Shown here: positions 33,561-35,506 of the stretch, one piece after another
How positions within the stretch are numbered: the first letter of the stretch is position 1
Layout of the letters: the number at the start of each line of letters is the position of its first letter
Virus record (IMG/VR): IMGVR_UViG_3300047272_000219
Location: 1-35,506 of that record
DNA: 35,506 nucleotides
Reading direction: 5' to 3' (one strand)
Source: a virus
Taxonomy: Duplodnaviria > Caudoviricetes
Program-made: the position numbers and the translations under genes
Notes under the pieces: model-generated
Told to the model about the DNA's origin: nothing
The model's database searches: none
What the model saw: the letters and a program-made list of their open reading frames with translations, nothing else

Positions 33561-35506
33561 GACAGTCAAAGGTTTATTGGTTGCAGCCGTAATTATCGGC
33601 GTTTCATTCTTAATTCCGCCAGCGGGTATCGGCATTGCGGCAGGGATGACAATAACCAGTGGCGCTATCCTTGCGATGGGCGTCACTATGGCCCTGTCAA
33701 CTGTGGCTATGGCAGCATTTGCGCCTAAAGCACCCAAGACGCAAATATCGCGCCTCAATGTCAGCCTTGACCCAAGTACGCCACGCAAGGCGGTGTTCGG
33801 CACTACGGCGATGCCTCTTGATCTGCGCTACCATGAGTCCAGTGGCACGAACCAAGAATATGTCGATTACATTATATGCGTTGCAGCGCATAAAGTGAAA
33901 TCCATCGATGAGATTTGGTTTGAAGAGAAATTGGCATGGTCAGCCAGTGGTGGTGTCACTTCAACCTATTCTGGCTATCTGACAGTCGCAACCCGCACCG
34001 AAGGCACGGCGGCAAACACCATCGCCATCAACGGCGGGACTAAGTGGGGCACATCTCGTCGCCTGACAGGCTGCGCCTATGTGTATCTGCGCATTAAGCG
34101 CACTGGTAACACCAAGACAGCCGAAAGCCCATTGGTCGGTGGCCTACCCAGCCGTGTGACCGTAATCGGTGATGGCGCTGCGCTTTACGACCCGCGCAAA
34201 GATAGCACTGTCCCCGGTGGCTCAGGATCGCACCGCGCCACGGACCAATCGACTTGGGGTTCCTACACGGATGCCGACGATACCGACAACCCTGTGCTCC
34301 AGTTGCTTTGGTGGCTTCTGGGCTGGAAGATTAACGGTAAGTTGTCCGTGGGCGCTGGCGTCCCATACACCCGCATCGATATGGAGTCGTTCATCACGGC
34401 TGCAAACATCTGCGATGAGAGCGTGACCCTTGCGACAGGCGGCACGCAGAAACGCTATCGGACCAGTGGCACGGCGTCTGACGCTGATGACCGTATGGAC
34501 ATCATCAACAACTTCTTAATGTCGATGAACGCCACCCTTCGTGACAGCGGTGGCAAGTTGACCCTGACCGTCATGAAGAACGACCTTGCGGATTATACTC
34601 TGCAACTCAACGAGGCGGACATGCTGGGCGAGTTCGATTGGCAGCAGACCCGTGGTTTGACTGAGAATTACAACATTGCCCGTGGCCGCTTCATCGACCC
34701 ATCTCAGAACAGCCTTTACCAGCTTGTCGATTACCCAGAGGTCGGCTTCGCATCGCCTGATGGCGTTGAGCGCGTGATGAGCATTGACTTGTATTATGTC
34801 GAAGACGGACGCAGGGCGCAGCGGATCGCAAAGCAGATACTCCAGCGCAACCAGTATCGCGGGATGTTGTCGGCTGTGTTTAATGCCAAGGCGCTCGGCT
34901 GTCAGGTTGGTGATATTGTGCTTCTCAGCCTTGAGGCTCTCGGCTGGTCGAGCAAACCCTTCCGCGTAGTTAGCCAAGAGATTCGGTTTGACGGCCAAGT
35001 GCCGCTTGCACTGGTCGAAGAGAACGCTGCGATCTACGCATGGGATCGTGATGACGTTGCCCCAGTGACGCCAACGGCTCCTACGGTCTATAACCCGCTC
35101 AACAGCCCGTTCATCCTTGGGATTGATGTGGCTGGCACAACTGCTGACTGGTCTGGGATTATTGACGATAACGGCGACAAGCCAGAGGATAATGCTGACG
35201 TTACAGCCAGCGCTGTGCCATCGCTCGATCAGGTTGCTCCAGTGGCCTTCGCCGCTGACTATCTTGGCGTCCTGTCGGCTGGGCAGTTGCCCAAAAACAT
35301 TGGTGTTATTCGCCGCCGTGGTGGCGTTGATGTATCAAGTTCAACAACATGGTCAATCATATCGCAAACGGGTATCACTGGCACAGTGACCGTATCTTCT
35401 AGCGGTGTTGTGACCATCCCGACTGGAGCGACTATCGGAACGTCCTCAGTAATTGAGGTTCGCTCTGTGCGTGACGGCACAACGCTTGACGCTCGTATTG
35501 GTGTTA
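33553..35506 (+). CDS. Tail tip / central fibre protein (J-like); runs off the window and continues at the start (about 804 aa in total)
   Basis: GTG at 33553 opens a frame not listed in the ORF track because it has no stop in the window; hydrophobic N-terminus, YDPRKDS, AANICDE, VGDIV motifs. Confidence 0.85.
   Translation, partial: MGKTVKGLLVAAVIIGVSFLIPPAGIGIAAGMTITSGAILAMGVTMALSTVAMAAFAPKAPKTQISRLNVSLDPSTPRKAVFGTTAMPLDLRYHESSGTNQEYVDYIICVAAHKVKSIDEIWFEEKLAWSASGGVTSTYSGYLTVATRTEGTAANTIAINGGTKWGTSRRLTGCAYVYLRIKRTGNTKTAESPLVGGLPSRVTVIGDGAALYDPRKDSTVPGGSGSHRATDQSTWGSYTDADDTDNPVLQLLWWLLGWKINGKLSVGAGVPYTRIDMESFITAANICDESVTLATGGTQKRYRTSGTASDADDRMDIINNFLMSMNATLRDSGGKLTLTVMKNDLADYTLQLNEADMLGEFDWQQTRGLTENYNIARGRFIDPSQNSLYQLVDYPEVGFASPDGVERVMSIDLYYVEDGRRAQRIAKQILQRNQYRGMLSAVFNAKALGCQVGDIVLLSLEALGWSSKPFRVVSQEIRFDGQVPLALVEENAAIYAWDRDDVAPVTPTAPTVYNPLNSPFILGIDVAGTTADWSGIIDDNGDKPEDNADVTASAVPSLDQVAPVAFAADYLGVLSAGQLPKNIGVIRRRGGVDVSSSTTWSIISQTGITGTVTVSSSGVVTIPTGATIGTSSVIEVRSVRDGTTLDARIGV
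34991..35506. repeat. Terminal direct repeat, copy 2
   Basis: Matches 1-516. Confidence 0.97.

Noticed and set aside
1-35506. Alternative genetic code, tRNA genes, introns or inteins, CtrA boxes
   Set aside because: Genes are full-length under the standard code with all three stops used; no cloverleaf, intervening element or clean TTAA-N7-TTAA was noticed by eye (not exhaustively searched).

Overview
Essentially complete (~34,990 bp unit) genome of a tailed dsDNA siphophage, about 54% GC by eye. The last 516 bp repeat the first 516 bp, with a diverged central allele. The genome has lambda-type terminase and portal, an HK97-fold protease-capsid fusion, a non-contractile tail, an S74-chaperone tail fibre and a Gram-negative lysis cassette (amidase, holin-like proteins, nested spanins). 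The replication block (DUF2800-DUF2815-polymerase-VRR-NUC-SNF2 plus a divergent primase-helicase) carries a family B polymerase where family A is usual. No integrase, cI-like repressor, tRNA or CRISPR was seen, so it is probably lytic; an aquatic alphaproteobacterial host is inferred only. Most notable: (1) a hydrophobic 70-aa ORF overprinted in the +1 frame of the terminase ATPase, visible as a strong local codon distortion; (2) an AT-richer early operon next to a lambda-like cosQ/cosN candidate, bounded by a repeat cluster and encoding an acidic Ocr-like candidate; (3) a capsid polyprotein with two extra N-terminal domains and repeated R-A/S junctions; (4) two tandem ~80%-identical tail-tube genes; (5) apparent genome-wide absence of CCWGG. 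All family assignments come from motif recognition by eye, not database searches.
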